Assembly (NCBI GenBank): GCA_964016885.1
Contig: OZ024740.1
Span: forward strand, 350,610,001-350,674,000
Source of the DNA: Eledone cirrhosa
Lineage: Eukaryota
Length of the DNA: 64,000 bases
Direction of reading: 5' to 3'
Under the pieces are notes generated by a model that ran no database searches, was not told the origin of the DNA, and saw only the letters and a program-made list of their open reading frames with translations. This document shows positions 41,850 to 55,300 of this stretch, piece after piece (within the stretch, counting starts at the first letter, position 1; each line of letters begins with the position of its first letter). A program made the translations under genes and the position numbers.

Positions 41850-42260
41850 CAAATTTGGGGGAGCGAATATTTTATTTATTTGACCCAATTACTGGACTAA
41901 CACTTATTTTATCGATCTGTTATTTAACTAATGGGGCGGTGAATTGGCAGAGTCACTAGAACGTCGGATGGAATTCTTTGTGGTATCTATTCCGGCTCTG
42001 GTCTCTGAGTTCTAATCCCACCGTGGTCGACTTCACCTTTTTACATTTTGAGATCGATAAAAATATATACCAATCTGAGGTCAGGCAATTCTTCCCCCCT
42101 CTCTCTCTTTTTTCCTCTCTCTCTTCCTCTGGAAGAAGTCAACTGAGTTGAGACCAGACGAGGGGAAGGTTTCTGCCAGGTTTATGTGCCAAGAGCCGGA
42201 ACGAATACCACAAAACATTCTATCTGTCATTATAACGACTATGTCAATTTGCCGCTTTCT
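41850..42260. mobile_element. Cluster of diverged SINE family A fragments
   Basis: GGGGCGGTGAATTGGCAG head at 41933, GAGTTCTAATCC B box; minus-strand fragments on both sides. Confidence 0.6.
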
Positions 42261-42519
42261 ATGAGTAGTACTCACACCAATATTTGATCTATTTGATTGG
42301 AGACGAGATAAGATTCAGCCCGTTGATTTTAAAGTCAGAAAATTATTAACCAGTACCATAAATGTCCATACCAACAGTGACATATATAGCTTCTACCTAA
42401 AACAACTAGAAGGAATCAGATGTTTAACATGAACACAAATAATCCTTGAAGGTTGCGTTTATCCGTTTGTAACATCTACTAACCACCAGGTTTTGAAAAG
42501 CATCTGTATGTATATCATC

Positions 42520-43260
42520 AGACAGTCAAGCACATATTTGTTACCAGAAAACTTCAAAGCGATAATAACAAATAATAGTAATGTGGATAACGAGTATTGT
42601 CTATCTTGGACTAACAAGCAAAATATTAGCTCTCACTTTGACCGATATGGTTTCGTAATCTAAAAACAATAATGACAAAAGAAATGCAGGTAAATTATTT
42701 AGTTGCGACAACCGATGCAAGCTCATTAGAATAACAGAGAATATCACCCGTATCATAAGAAGCTGTCCAAAAATGTCATCGTGGTATTGTTTCCCAATGA
42801 TGTACGGCCACAACATTGAATATGTAATCTGTATGAGGATAACTTTGATGATAAAAATGTAAAAACTAACAGAGATGTGGAAATAATTATTATTCATAAT
42901 ATGAATGAATACTGGTGGAATGTTTATGTGAAGTCATCAGTAAAATGTAAGCTTAACATAACAGACGTTATACTTTGAGGCAGAGAAAAGAAATTATGCA
43001 AAATAGTGGACATCATTGCATAGAAGATTCTAACACAATGTTAAAAAGTAGCGAGAAAAAACATCTGCAGTTACTTCGCCTGGAGTATAACTGGGTAAGT
43101 CTTGAGGCACTTGGTTAGGAAAGTAACGAACTCAGCACCAATATTAAGAAGCTGGGCTTCACAAGACCAGAACAGAGACAGCTAATTAGGACATTACAGT
43201 TACATGTTATTTATGGATCGGTGAAGGTGTGTAAAGCATTCTAAAACAAAAGTTTAGCAT
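42520..43260 (+). pseudogene. Decayed Dong/R4-like RLE retrotransposon 3' region
   Basis: DNRCKL...ENITRIIRSCPKMSSWY, EYWWNV, REKKLCKIVDI motifs (CCHC finger plus RLE remnants). Confidence 0.7.
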
Positions 43261-44016
43261 GTAATACGTACCTATACATACGGGCAGGCATGCAAACATA
43301 TGTATGTGGACGTATACAAAAGTTAAAATATTCAGATCAAGATATGCAATAATATACAATACATGACTACACAGTTGATATTGGTTGAATTTCAATGAAA
43401 GAGCCTTATTTGTAGATTAGAAACCATCTCCTTCTCAACTGGCGAAGAATTTAAAAAAACAATAATCAGATGATGCATACATACATATATGCAAACACAC
43501 ATACATATGTACACACACGCGCGCGCGCGCGCATACACACACACACATACACACACATATGCAGATATACACACAAATGCACGTTTTCTTGAAACAGGCC
43601 ATGTTGTGTATTTTCCTCCCACTCATACGTCAAAGACATCGCTATTTCATTCTGGCAGAGTAAAACTAATTAAGATGTACTCCTGTTTGTTTTTGATGTT
43701 TTTGTTCTTGAAATCGTTTCTGGATGTACAGACAGACAGAGAGTCAAATAGATAGCTTAACTAATAGACGTAACCTAATTATCATTAACAACTGTTCTGC
43801 CCCCAGCTGATAATCCTTCAGTCTATCTGAAGTATTGTTTATTCGTTGCTGTGTTGAATATTATACAAAGTAGGCCAAGATGTAAGGCAAACTATTGATT
43901 TCTTTTAATCATCTATTTGAATAGTTCCATGCAACGTTTACATCTCTACCTCATGTTCTCCATTTATTCTTTGATTAGAACAGTATCTTAATTATGGAGT
44001 CTTTCTGCACAAACAA

Positions 44017-44138
44017 AAAATTAACACCAGGCGATCTAATGGGAGAACGAATTCGTACATGATCATTCTATTATGTTTAACAAATAGAACGATCATGTAC
44101 AGATTCGTTCTCCCACTAGATCGCCTGGTGTTAATTTT
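44017..44138. repeat. ~120-bp hairpin (palindromic MITE-like)
   Basis: AAAATTAACACCAGGCGATCTA.TGGGAGAACGAAT... pairs with ...ATTCGTTCTCCCA.TAGATCGCCTGGTGTTAATTTT. Confidence 0.85.
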
Positions 44139-44509
44139 AAAACTTTTCTTAATTCTTAGAAAAAAAAAAGATTTGGAAATCTGGTCGTTGATGTATAGTT
44201 TGTAACCGCCATAAGAATACCTTTCGCCGTCTGCCCAATTTGAGATCTTCTGGGGATTAAACAACAACAATATACTGTCTCCCTAGAAACGTAATATAAT
44301 ATTAATACTGTTGAATCACTGACCACTGGCTCCTTGAATACCTTTCAATGATATGATAATGGCAAAATAAATTCCTCCTTCTAAGCCTTCTTTATTTGCA
44401 TATGAAACTTGCAGGATGTTAAATGAACAAAGATGTTTCTATTTTTCTGATAGAATGTGACGGTATTGCGAATGTGAGTTATTAATTGTCTCAAACAATC
44501 TTCATTGCT

Positions 44510-44790
44510 ACCTAGCAACCAGCCACCATAGCTATATAGAAATTCATCCTCTTGCCTATGTTGTATTCAGTCATTTGGCTACATGCAAGAGCAACCAATC
44601 ATGATACCTATGTAGCAACTAATCCTCATACCTGCATAGCAAATATTGTCCTCCCTACCTAACAAGCAATTATTAAGCTTCCCTAACAAGCAATCATCAT
44701 GCTTACCCAACAAACAGTCATCATATCTACCCAGCAAGCAACCATAATGTTTTTGTAACAACTAATCTCCATGCCTATTTAGCAAACATA
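44510..44790. repeat. Degenerate ~24-bp minisatellite
   Basis: Units resembling CTACCTAGCAAGCAACCATCAT; seen as an 8-aa periodicity in ORF 44579-44761. Confidence 0.75.
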
Positions 44791-46719
44791 AATGTCCAGA
44801 TGTCTTTGGTGAGTTGCTCTTAATGCGATTATCATTTTATGATTATTAAACTTACCTTTAAAGAGGAAAATATTTCAATATTATATTTACACTTTAGATG
44901 TAAATGTTAAATGTAAAAATGTAAATATTGTATAGACGTAAACATTAATTATGTAGATGTAAATATTCATTTTGTTGATGTGAGTAATTGTAGGTGTAAA
45001 TATTGTCTATATGTAAATATTTTGTAGATTTCAATATTGTATAGTTGTAGATAATAATTGTTTAAAGGTAAATATCAATTCTGCTGGAGTAAATTTTAAA
45101 ATATTTTCACCCTAAAGCTTACAAAATGATATTCATGCGTATCTGTACTTGTTGAAACATTAGAAAATACTGAAATAGAAAAGTTATTAGACCGCTTATA
45201 TTCTTGGAAAATGTATGAATATTATAGTTTTCAAATTTGCATTACACCTAATATATAGATCCGTATGCTAGTTGAAAAAAAAATTAATTTTGAAACAAAA
45301 TTAGCGGAAATGGCAGAGAAATCGACGTCATTTACTTTCATTCATTTATGTTTACACCTCAAATCAAACCGGGGTTGACTTTCACTTCATCATTCTGGAT
45401 GAGCAATCAAGTAAATATCTGTAACATCTTAGACATCGTTAAGTCTAGAAATACTATCGAGTTATAGCCGGCAGTTTCCCCTAGTGGAGAGTCTTATGGT
45501 AAATTGACACTCACTGTTAGAGATTAGTTCTCTGTACTTAAATATGCTGCTCAGAAAATTGTCATGACTATGCTATGTATATTACTGAAATCATTTTGGG
45601 GCTCCAGTACAACCCTAAACTTCTTCCAGTAATTAGAATAGCCTCCCAAAGAGAGTCAAGATGATCAAGGTGACTTATCAGGTAGAGAACCGTGGAGTTA
45701 GCTCATGCCCTACCACAACAGAGAATGGATGTGAGCAATACAAGAGAATGAAGCTCTCGTCTAGTCAACAGTGCTGTTGCTGTAAGAAGCGGTAAGGTTT
45801 TCTAGATTTCTAGTTTTGGTGGACTGAATCTTTTGGGGCTTAATGTTGACTGTGGACATAATATCAGTGACAGAATCTGAATTGCAAACCTTTCTATAGG
45901 TCGTTTGTTAGTCCTTGACACGGCCATTCGTACTTTTACCAATAACCTACTAATATTAATTTATCTGATTATATCACCCACACCCACTGATTACATTTTC
46001 CTTTCCTATCATTTAATGTTGTTCTGTTCTGCAATGTGTCAGATTTCAAATATCCCCATGAACACAAATATATATTTCCTAATATGTCAGCCTTCAAGCA
46101 ATATTGTAATGTATATTTATATATTCGGCTATTAATAACATTCAAAATTATCCATATCAATCTATTTGTACTCGAGGAAACCTTACATAATTATTGGCAT
46201 CAGAGATATATTTATATATATTTTCCTTTTGAAGATTTTGCTATGCATAACTATTTTTGTTATTGTTCTCTACTTTTCTAGTTCCTATTTGACCGGATGC
46301 CAAAAAATTATGGCTTCTTTCTCCATAATCTAAATATAACATAGGGAGAACCAATGCAAGCGTCAATCTCTACGTAATCACGCGTCCTAATAGAAATAAC
46401 AGCTAAACCTCCCTTTTTACTTTAAGTAAAAGAGGACACTGGATGACGTGACTCTGGTAGCACTGTAGCTAGCGCAAATACGAGATAGACACAGCTAGAA
46501 TACCTACGAACAGTTTTAAATCAATAGCAATCGAATAATTATAAAGGAAATTAGCCTTTGCATTTAAAGCTAATACTATTCTGATATTGTCTTACGCCGT
46601 AGGCTTATGAATAGCAATATCTGCTGAGGGCTTGATTAAATTGCTTTCAATATCTAGTTACATTCCTTAGTCCAAATGAAACCCTAGTCGAATTAGCTTG
46701 TCATTCTTCTAGGGTTGAT

Positions 46720-46899
46720 AATTGTTTCTACAATAGGCACAAGGCCAGCAATTATCCCAGTGTATTACTGGTACTTTATTTTATCGACCCCCCTTAGGAT
46801 GAAAGGCAAAGTTAACCTCGACTGGATTTGAACTCAGAATGGCAAGGGCCGTAACTCTATGCGTCAAAGCATGGTGTCCGACCCTCTACCGATACTGCC
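46720..46899 (-). mobile_element. SINE family A (young copy)
   Basis: Near-identical to 34748-34927. Confidence 0.85.
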
Positions 46900-48006
46900 T
46901 AATGACAACTAATCATATGCTGAAGTCGATTTAATTGTCATAACCATCATCCCAAAGTCCCTGACGTTTTGCCAAGTTATAACTCATTACTTTCAAATGC
47001 TTGGTAAATATAGATTAAATGGATAAAATAAAAGACAATCGTTTCAATACTATGGAACGTGTATAAGTATAAGAGTAATTCTTTATAAAAGATTATTGAT
47101 CTTAAACAAATGGAATGTATGTTGTAGTCCAATACAATAAACACATTTATACATAGTTAACACAAAGCAATAAAAGACATCGGGTCGGTGAGTGTTGTGT
47201 TGCCAAATTGCAATAAAAATGTGTAACAATGGCATTGCAACACTTTGCTTTGTACTGTGAATGCCAGAGTGGTCCAAGACAGTGATATATTAAACCAAAT
47301 ACCTTATGGCATTTAGTCATGACCTTCTATTTTGTTAGCTAAAATGTTGCTGGGCTCGACTTTCATTTCATTTTTCTAGTCATAAATTTAAGATATAATA
47401 AAATTGCATTTCTCTTGTTTTTCTTGGAATGCTAACGAGTGTAGTTCTAAATAATTAAACATTTTCAGCTCACTACATTGAATGTGTTATCCCCCGAGTA
47501 ACTATATCTTCTCCAAACCGTAGACATCCTTTGGAGAATTTCCCTTTTCATTATTTGAATTTGCCAAATCAGTGAATTTGTTTCGTCCACAATCTTTATT
47601 ATTCTTTCAAATTAGCTATGATCTGTTAAGTAGGAGTACATTATACTTTCTAATCATATATCATCTTTAGCACTGACAAGAAAGAAACTTTGTGACACAA
47701 GATCGACGTCCAGTAAGTAAGCAGTAGAGACAATCATACAGATTTTACCAACTCTATTAGTTGCTGTACAAAGAATTCCGAGTGTTAAAATTAAAATAAC
47801 ACTGTACGCCTAAACAATATGTTGAGGCAAAAAGTATAGTGAAAATACGTCGAACATAAGAATTCTTAATAATTCTTATGTCTGCTAAACAAGGCTTTCG
47901 ATTTATCTATTTATTTACAGAAAAGTAGTCTATGTCTACTTTTTCTTGAATATTAAATGCTTTGTAGGTGTACCAAAATACTGTGTGTTTCTCAAACGAT
48001 AGATGG

Positions 48007-48037
<31 letters not shown>

Positions 48038-48136
48038 CGTATATATATATATAGATCTTTTAATTTAAATTATTGATGCTCCGGGCCAAGGACCATTGAG
48101 CTTTTCTACTGATAAACAATCATAGTTCATAGTATG

Positions 48137-48244
<108 letters not shown>

Positions 48245-48331
48245 TATATATATGTATATATAATCAAGGTTTAGCAAATAAGAAAAAGTTGCAAAATAAA
48301 TTTCAAAAAATTCACTGTACTTACTATGGTT

Positions 48332-48418
48332 ACCTTTACCGAAACGGTTTCGAGTCTCAAAAATAAATGGTCAGTCCTTGCGGGCTTCCATTGAAAAGAT
48401 AAACTGTCGTCAGAATGT
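48332..48418 (-). ncRNA. Type I hammerhead ribozyme with extended stem II
   Basis: ACATT-CTGACGA-CAGTTT...AGACTC-GAAA-CCG-TTT-CGG-TA-AAGGT; GUA site. Confidence 0.65.
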
Positions 48419-49349
48419 TCTTTTCACTCGGAGAATATAAAACTCCCGAGTTCAAATTACGCACTGGCGCTATTCAAAATTGTTCCCGAGATGAGAATGA
48501 ATGATGTGGAATCAATTCTGTCCAGTGCCGTGTGTAAAGATAGAAGCCAGAGGCAGGGAGGTCAATCTACTACCACTATAAATAGCAGTAGTCAAAACGA
48601 CCAGATTTCATCTCGACCAGGGGGAGATTAATAATAATAAAGTTTATATCCCTACACGCAAAAAACGAATAGGGACACATGTATTATCCAACCATATGCC
48701 AATATATATATATATATATATATACATACACACACACACGCACACACATAAATATGTGTGTGTGTGTGTGTGTGTCTGTGTTAGGAGAAAGATACAAGTC
48801 GTGATTAGAAAAAAATATGATTTAATTATACCTTTTTACATGTTTCGTTATTGAGTTATGTCACTGACTATGCTTTTGTTAAGAACTATTGCTATTTCCG
48901 ATCATTTCCGCACTACAATGGACATTTTAATCTCAACAATTCATCAGAAATTGTGTAATTTCTAGCTATTTTGATAGTGGTGATGGTAAGGTGGAGTGGA
49001 TATTATGCCGGCCAATGGGTTTATAAAAGTCTCTGGTTGTACATAAATGGTACGTGACACTGACCTAGAAGTGACCATCTATAGATTTGATGGGATAGAA
49101 TGTATTCAGGCCAGAATTGATGACAAGTAATAAATCTATGTAATGTAAGTATTTAATGCAAGTTGTATTCACATGGCCACTACAGGTAAGGTTGAATACA
49201 TGGCCTTGGCAAGTGTAAAGTACAGATGTAATAAATTTTATTAGTGTTATTGTTATTAGTTAGGCAGTTTTAGATAAAGGCGAAGTTAAGAACAATTATT
49301 TGGCACGTCTACATTCTATGTAATGAAGATTGGCTACAATGGATCTTGG

Positions 49350-49398
<49 letters not shown>

Positions 49399-49406
49399 TA
49401 TTTAAA

Positions 49407-49519
49407 AATATAGATGAGATTCTACAGGACTAGAACTGTTTCATTCTTTAGAAATCATCAGGAATCTGATCATTTCTAAAGATCAAACAGTTCTAGTCCA
49501 GTAGAATCTCATCTATATT
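49407..49519. repeat. Palindrome made of two head-to-head hammerhead-like motifs
   Basis: Left arm (minus) reads CTGATGA-TTTC-TAAA-GAAT-GAAA-CAG...GTC; right arm is its decayed inverse. Confidence 0.75.
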
Positions 49520-49604
49520 AAAACTTTTATACTCTGCTATGTATTGAGTACCTTACTTACTGTGGTTACCTCCGATTCAACCCGGAATAACTTACCTATA
49601 TATT

Positions 49605-49897
49605 TAGGATGCGGCCAAGCTAACGAATGCAAATTCGGTATGTAGATTTAGCACTCGATAGGGAATAGTGCCCCAGAGTAATAACAATACAGTCCAGCCG
49701 CATTGCCATAGCAACGAAAATGGTTGGACTCAGGAGTCCAACCATTTTCGTTGCTATGGCAATGCGACTGGACTGCCGATCGCTATATTGGATTTGCTAA
49801 GCTGTCTAAACGTATTGTTATTACTCTGGGGTACTATTCCCTATCGAGTGCTAAAGCTACATACCGAATTTGCATTCGTTAGCTTGGCCGCAACCTA
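49605..49897. repeat. ~290-bp fold-back palindrome ending in (TA)n
   Basis: Arms ~127 bp, 2-nt loop at 49732-49733, ~35-bp extra segment in the right arm. Confidence 0.9.
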
Positions 49898-49903
49898 TTA
49901 TAT

Positions 49904-49937
<34 letters not shown>

Positions 49938-50095
49938 ATATACGCACACTCAGCCTCCGGAATCCACACGCCTCTCTCGCCCCCACCCCTCTCCATCCAC
50001 ACGCACGCACACACAGACTTACACCCTCCCATTTACACACACCGGTTTCCCATTTACCTGAACATGGAACCTCGTTCTTCCCCAACTCTCACATT

Positions 50096-50144
<49 letters not shown>

Positions 50145-50402
50145 ACACCTACACCCATACACAAACACCACATTCAGCCCTCCTCGTTCGGGCCCCGCCT
50201 CCCTCTCCCCTCTCCATCTCCCTCAACCCACCAGCACCCCTAAACTCCCCAGACCCTTTCACCCCTTGTTTATTTTTATTTTTATTTGTACTTTTAAAAA
50301 ATTTCCTTTACTCTCTAATAAAATTGTTTTCCTCCTCCCTACCCCCATCTTTCTACTACTCCCCCACACACCCTTGAAACTCTCTTCCTACCCACTGTTC
50401 TC

Positions 50403-50430
50403 CTGATGGAGGGTTTATGCCCGAAACGTC
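50403..50430 (+). ncRNA. Minimal Penelope-type hammerhead motif (A9-to-G variant)
   Basis: CTGATGG-AGGG-TTTATG-CCC-GAAA-CGTC. Confidence 0.6.
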
Positions 50431-50508
50431 GTTCCCCACACTCCACTCTAGCGTGAAACTAAAAACAATATCATTTGTACTGCCTCTCTGTTTTCTGTTC
50501 ATTTATTA

Positions 50509-50552
<44 letters not shown>

Positions 50553-50883
50553 GAAGTATTTTCGTCAGAAAGGTACAGGAAAAAGAGTGCTCTATGTAGG
50601 CTACAGAGCTTATTAGTTATGTAATAAACAACATAAGATAACTATTTCATTTACCAGTGGTTTCTTGAAGACAGATGTTGTGTCACACGCTTCAGTGTGC
50701 CCAGTGCTGTGACATCATCAGACAGCTGGTCAATTTCCTTCGGACTAGCGCCTGCGCATACCGGTGGGGGTGAATTGGAACTCACAGGGGAACGGGCGAA
50801 GAATTCACGAGCACACGCTTTGTCCGTCCCCATGTCGATTCAATTTGAATTGCCTCGGACACATAAAATTATTATGTAAGAAG

Positions 50884-50956
50884 CTGTCTGATGATGTCAC
50901 GGCACTGGATACACCGAAGCGTGTGGCCAATGTCGTCATTGAAATATGTATCACAG
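50884..50956 (+). ncRNA. Type I hammerhead ribozyme with extended stem II
   Basis: CTGT-CTGATGA-(ACGGCACTGG...CCAATGTCGT)-GAAA-TATGTA-TC-ACAG. Inverted partial copy at ~50680-50727. Confidence 0.7.
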
Positions 50957-51020
50957 AATTATCATTAAAACACTTTAACATCTGAAACTACTTCGCTTTA
51001 TATATATATATATATATATA

Positions 51021-51130
51021 GGAACAAGTATGACCCCGACGGCAGACCTCAAGCCGTTTCGACGGCTATTTCTGGACAGAAATAGCTGTCGAAACGGCTT
51101 GAGCTCTGCCGTCGGGGTCATACTTGTTCC
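51021..51130. repeat. Fold-back palindrome, family P, between (TA)n tracts
   Basis: GGAACAAGTATGACCCCGACGGCAGA...TCTGCCGTCGGGGTCATACTTGTTCC. Confidence 0.9.
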
Positions 51131-51247
51131 TATATCTATCTATATATATATATATATATACTTGTTCCTATTACCCACTCTACTACCCTAAGTATTGAGT
51201 ACTTTGGTGCGTTATGGTCCATCTGGCTCCTTACCACAATTCCTTCG

Positions 51248-51327
<80 letters not shown>

Positions 51328-51448
51328 ATATATACATATGTATATATATATATAATATATATATATGTATATATATATATATAATATATATATATGTATA
51401 TATAATATGGAAAATGAAGGACGAGTGATGCATCGGAACACAATTTAT

Positions 51449-51543
51449 TACGTATTACAATTGTTTCTCCGGCGAACAGCTCGAGGTGCGATCTGTTTGT
51501 GGATCGAAGCTAACTCTGTATTCGCAAGTTCCTCAGATACGTA
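51449..51543 (-). ncRNA. Type I hammerhead ribozyme with ~62-nt stem II
   Basis: Stem I TACGTAT/ATACGTA, CTGAGGA, stem II (GCGAA/TTCGC, CGATC/GATCG), GAAA, palindromic stem III ACAATTGT, GUA site at 51456. Confidence 0.8.
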
Positions 51544-51713
51544 TATTTATTTCGAAGCAAATTCTCTTTGAGGTTAGATCCATAAACAGATCGAGCTGTG
51601 TTTATTCCAATGCATCACTGATTCTTCGTTTTCCACATTGTCATACTCTGCTCCGAAGGAGCGTAGAGTTCTCAACCGGCATACCGCCTATGGACGCAAC
51701 ATAGCAACCATAT

Positions 51714-51748
<35 letters not shown>

Positions 51749-51750
<2 letters not shown>

Positions 51751-51932
51751 ATTATTTCTATTGTTGGCACAAGGCCAGCAATTACCCAGTGTATTACTAG
51801 TACTTTATTTTATCGACACCGTAAGGATGAAAGGCAAAGTTAACCTCGGAGGGATTTGAACTCAGAATGGAAAGGGCTGTAACTATGCTAGAAAGCATGG
51901 CGTCCGACCCTCTACCCATACTGCCAATTCAC
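51749..51932 (-). mobile_element. SINE family A (young copy)
   Basis: Near-identical to 34274-34452 and 46720-46899. Confidence 0.85.
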
Positions 51933-51938
51933 AATAAT

Positions 51939-52055
<117 letters not shown>

Positions 52056-52317
52056 TTTCTTTATTAACCACAAGGGTTTACATAAAGTAGACATTAAGGA
52101 CAGTGCAGGACAATGCAGGACGGTACAAATGGGCATTTCTGCGTGTAAAAAAAAACGAAAACAGAGGATGTAACAAAAATAACAATGAAAATAACAATGA
52201 AAAATTCCCCAATAGGGGGGAGACTTCGGAGGGACATTTGTGGAGAAAGCCCAGTAAAAAGCCACAATGACCCTGACCACCAAGGCAAGTGCCCTCTCCC
52301 AGTTTTCCACCTTTAGT

Positions 52318-55300
52318 TTACAGATATATACTCAGAGTCGGCCCATTCACTCGGGCCATTCTTGCTTCTCTCACCCATCTTTCAACAAAATGCTGGGAAG
52401 AGAGCACTTCCTTCTCTACTCTGATTTTCCTTTTCAAATGAAATTTGAAAAAGTCAATCAGAGCATCACCGAAGAGGTAAGTGCTCGTCTTCAGCCCTTT
52501 CAAACGTGTCCACCATACTATCTCTTTCGCCATGGCCACCAGACAGATAAAAACTGCCTGCCCTTCCCGGCTAAAGGAGGAGGGCGGGGCAATCCTCACG
52601 ATAGACTCAGATGATAGCTGGATCCGTCCTAAACGCGACAGCAGGTGTTCGACATAAACCCACAAGTCAGCAATTTTCGGACACTGGACGAGTGCGTGCA
52701 GGACGGTTTCGTCGCCCTGCGCGCATCTCGGACATGCCCGGCTGACGGCACCTCCATGCCTGTAGAGTTTATCCCGAACTGGCAAGGCTCCTCGGTAGCA
52801 CTGCCAGGCCAGAGATTTCTGGAAGTTGTCCATAGGCCCTGGCCCGAAAGTTCTTCCGAAGAGATTGGCTAGTTGATTTTCGTCGACGCCTAGAGTTTCC
52901 CCAAGTACGTCGTCGCTCTTCCCCTCCACTAATCCTCTATAGAACGCCGAGGTGGAGTTTCCACCGATCACATTGCCCGATTGGTCGAGGGCTGTGAGCG
53001 CCTGAAGACATTCCAGTCTCCAGGCGCTCCCTCTCGGTCTTCGCTTGACCCAGGACTGCAGCTCCGTCAAGGAAACGAGCTGGGGAAAAACGCGTCTAGC
53101 AAACGGCGACCACACCGTCGAGGAAGAGGTGGAGATGTCGTAGCCTGAGCGCGTGCCTGCGCATCATCAGCCACGGCATGCCCAGCCCTCCACGTAGCGG
53201 GTGTTGACAACAGATGGACCGCCTGACCATCGGAGCACGTCCCTTCCACAAAAAGCGAAAGAGCAAACGCTCCAGCGCAGTCAGGCGAGGCTTAGGACAA
53301 GGTACGACGGTTAGGCGGTAGCAGATGACAGACGCGATGTACGCGTTAGCCACCTCCGCTCGACCTTTCAGGGATAGCTTCCTCTCCGCCCATTTCTGGG
53401 TGAGAGAAGCCACCCTGCTCGTCACCTCGTCCCAGTTTTTGTCCGTCTGGAGGTCCGGACCGAACCAGACCCCTAGCAATTTAACCGGTCCGTCCGTCCA
53501 GCGCCCGACGACGCTGTTGGACGGCATGGACCTGCCTCTCCAGGTGCCGAGCTGCAGGCCCACTGACTTTTCCTGGTTGATCATTGCTCCTGTCACCGCT
53601 TCGTATTCTCTTAGTGTAGTGCCGATCGCCTCGATGTGTTTGGCGTTCGACACCACTACGGTGACATCGTCCGCATATGCTGACACGGATCTTCCGCATC
53701 CTAGTTCGCGCGGGACCCCCCTCAACGTCTCCAGTTTGTGCAGTAATGGCTCGAGAGTCAATACGTACAAGAGGGACGAGAGGGGACATCCTTGGCGGAC
53801 CGAGCGCATGATGTTGAACGGTTCCGACAGGTGACCGTTCACTCTCACCACAGAGCAGATGTCGCTGTGCATGGCAGCGATCCAGCCTCTGAAGACGGGC
53901 CCAAAGCCAGCCGCCCTCAGGACTGCCGCTAGGTAACGATGGTCGACCCTATCGAAAGCTTTCGACTGATCTAAATTGATCAAGGACCCACCCGTGCCAG
54001 GTTCCCTAGCTACCCTCTCTACGATGTATCGCATGAGGTGGAGGTTGTCGTGGATGGATCTGTCGGGAATGGCGCATGTCTGCGCCTCTCCCACCAGACC
54101 ACCAACGACAAGCGCCAACCTCTTTGCTAGCACCTTGGCCAAAATCTTAAACTCTGTGTTTAGCAGAGTTATGGGCCGGAAATTGTCTATGTTATCCCCC
54201 TTGTTCGGATCCTTTCTCAGCAGTGCCACCGCTCCTCGGCTCACAGAACTGGGAATTCTCCCGTTCTGTTGCCAGTTGCAGTAGACGTCCGCCAAGAGGC
54301 CTCCGAACAAGTCTGGCATCTGTACGTAAAGTTCATAGGGCAGACCATCCAAACCAGGCGATTTACCCCTTGTGCAGCCAGTCATTGCCTCCCGTACTTC
54401 AGCGGCTGTTATCGGCTTTTCGCAACACTTCGCCTCAGTGGCCGAGAGCCGCGGCAGTCCGTCGAGGTAGACACTAAAGTCCATCCCTCTACCCGGCCCC
54501 CCGCTGCCCCCGAACAGCTGAGCGAAGTGTCGCTGAAAAGCTTCACACATTTGCCCGGGATCGAGTAGCATGCGCCCGTCGTGGTCCACCAAAGACCGGA
54601 TCGTGGCTTTGTTGCCACGACGCGCCTCCGCCACTCGGGCCCATTGGACGGCTTTCGTCCCCTCGTGTCTGAGAGCACGCACCCTAGCTCTGACAACGCA
54701 GCCTTCGTGCTTTGCATTGAAGAATTGGTCAAGGGCCAATTTCGCCGCAAGCACGTCGGTCGCAATGCCTTTGCTAAGCGCCTCGTCTAATTTTCTAACT
54801 AGTTCTCCCTCTGCTCTATTTTTCTCTATTGCTAAACCCTTACTAAACCTAATCGATTCTATTCTAATCGCTCTTTTCAGAGCAAACCACCACTTGTTGT
54901 TGACGATGGCCCCCGTCAACGCCCGCTTAACTAGTTCGCTAATCCGGTCTCTGTAGGCCTTGCGCGCTGGTAAGGACGCGTTTAGCTTCCAGTAGCCGGG
55001 TCCTCGTCTATGAAGCCTATCTAAGTCAAGCACACAGGTCACGAATTTGTGGTCCGTGTAGCTGACTATCTTGAATTGTGGACAGCCTATGCTAGACCTA
55101 TCTATTTCCCTACAAAATACTCTATCTAGATATGATCTGGATGACCCTATGCGATTTGTCCAAGTCCACATTGGCACATTCGGGAAATCCAATCGGTACC
55201 TGTCAGACAGTTCAAAACGCCTGAGCAGGTTGGTGAGGCTCTTGCACCCTCCACCCCTATCCGCTAATCCCACACAGTCCCAGCGTGCATCTAAGATCCC

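Noticed and set aside
44510-44790. CRISPR-like periodicity
   Set aside because: Contiguous degenerate 24-bp units without unique spacers, in eukaryotic DNA with no cas genes.
53096-53120. Programmed frameshift in Tx1 ORF2
   Set aside because: Copies 2 and 3 have 8 extra bases here and read through, so it is a private deletion.
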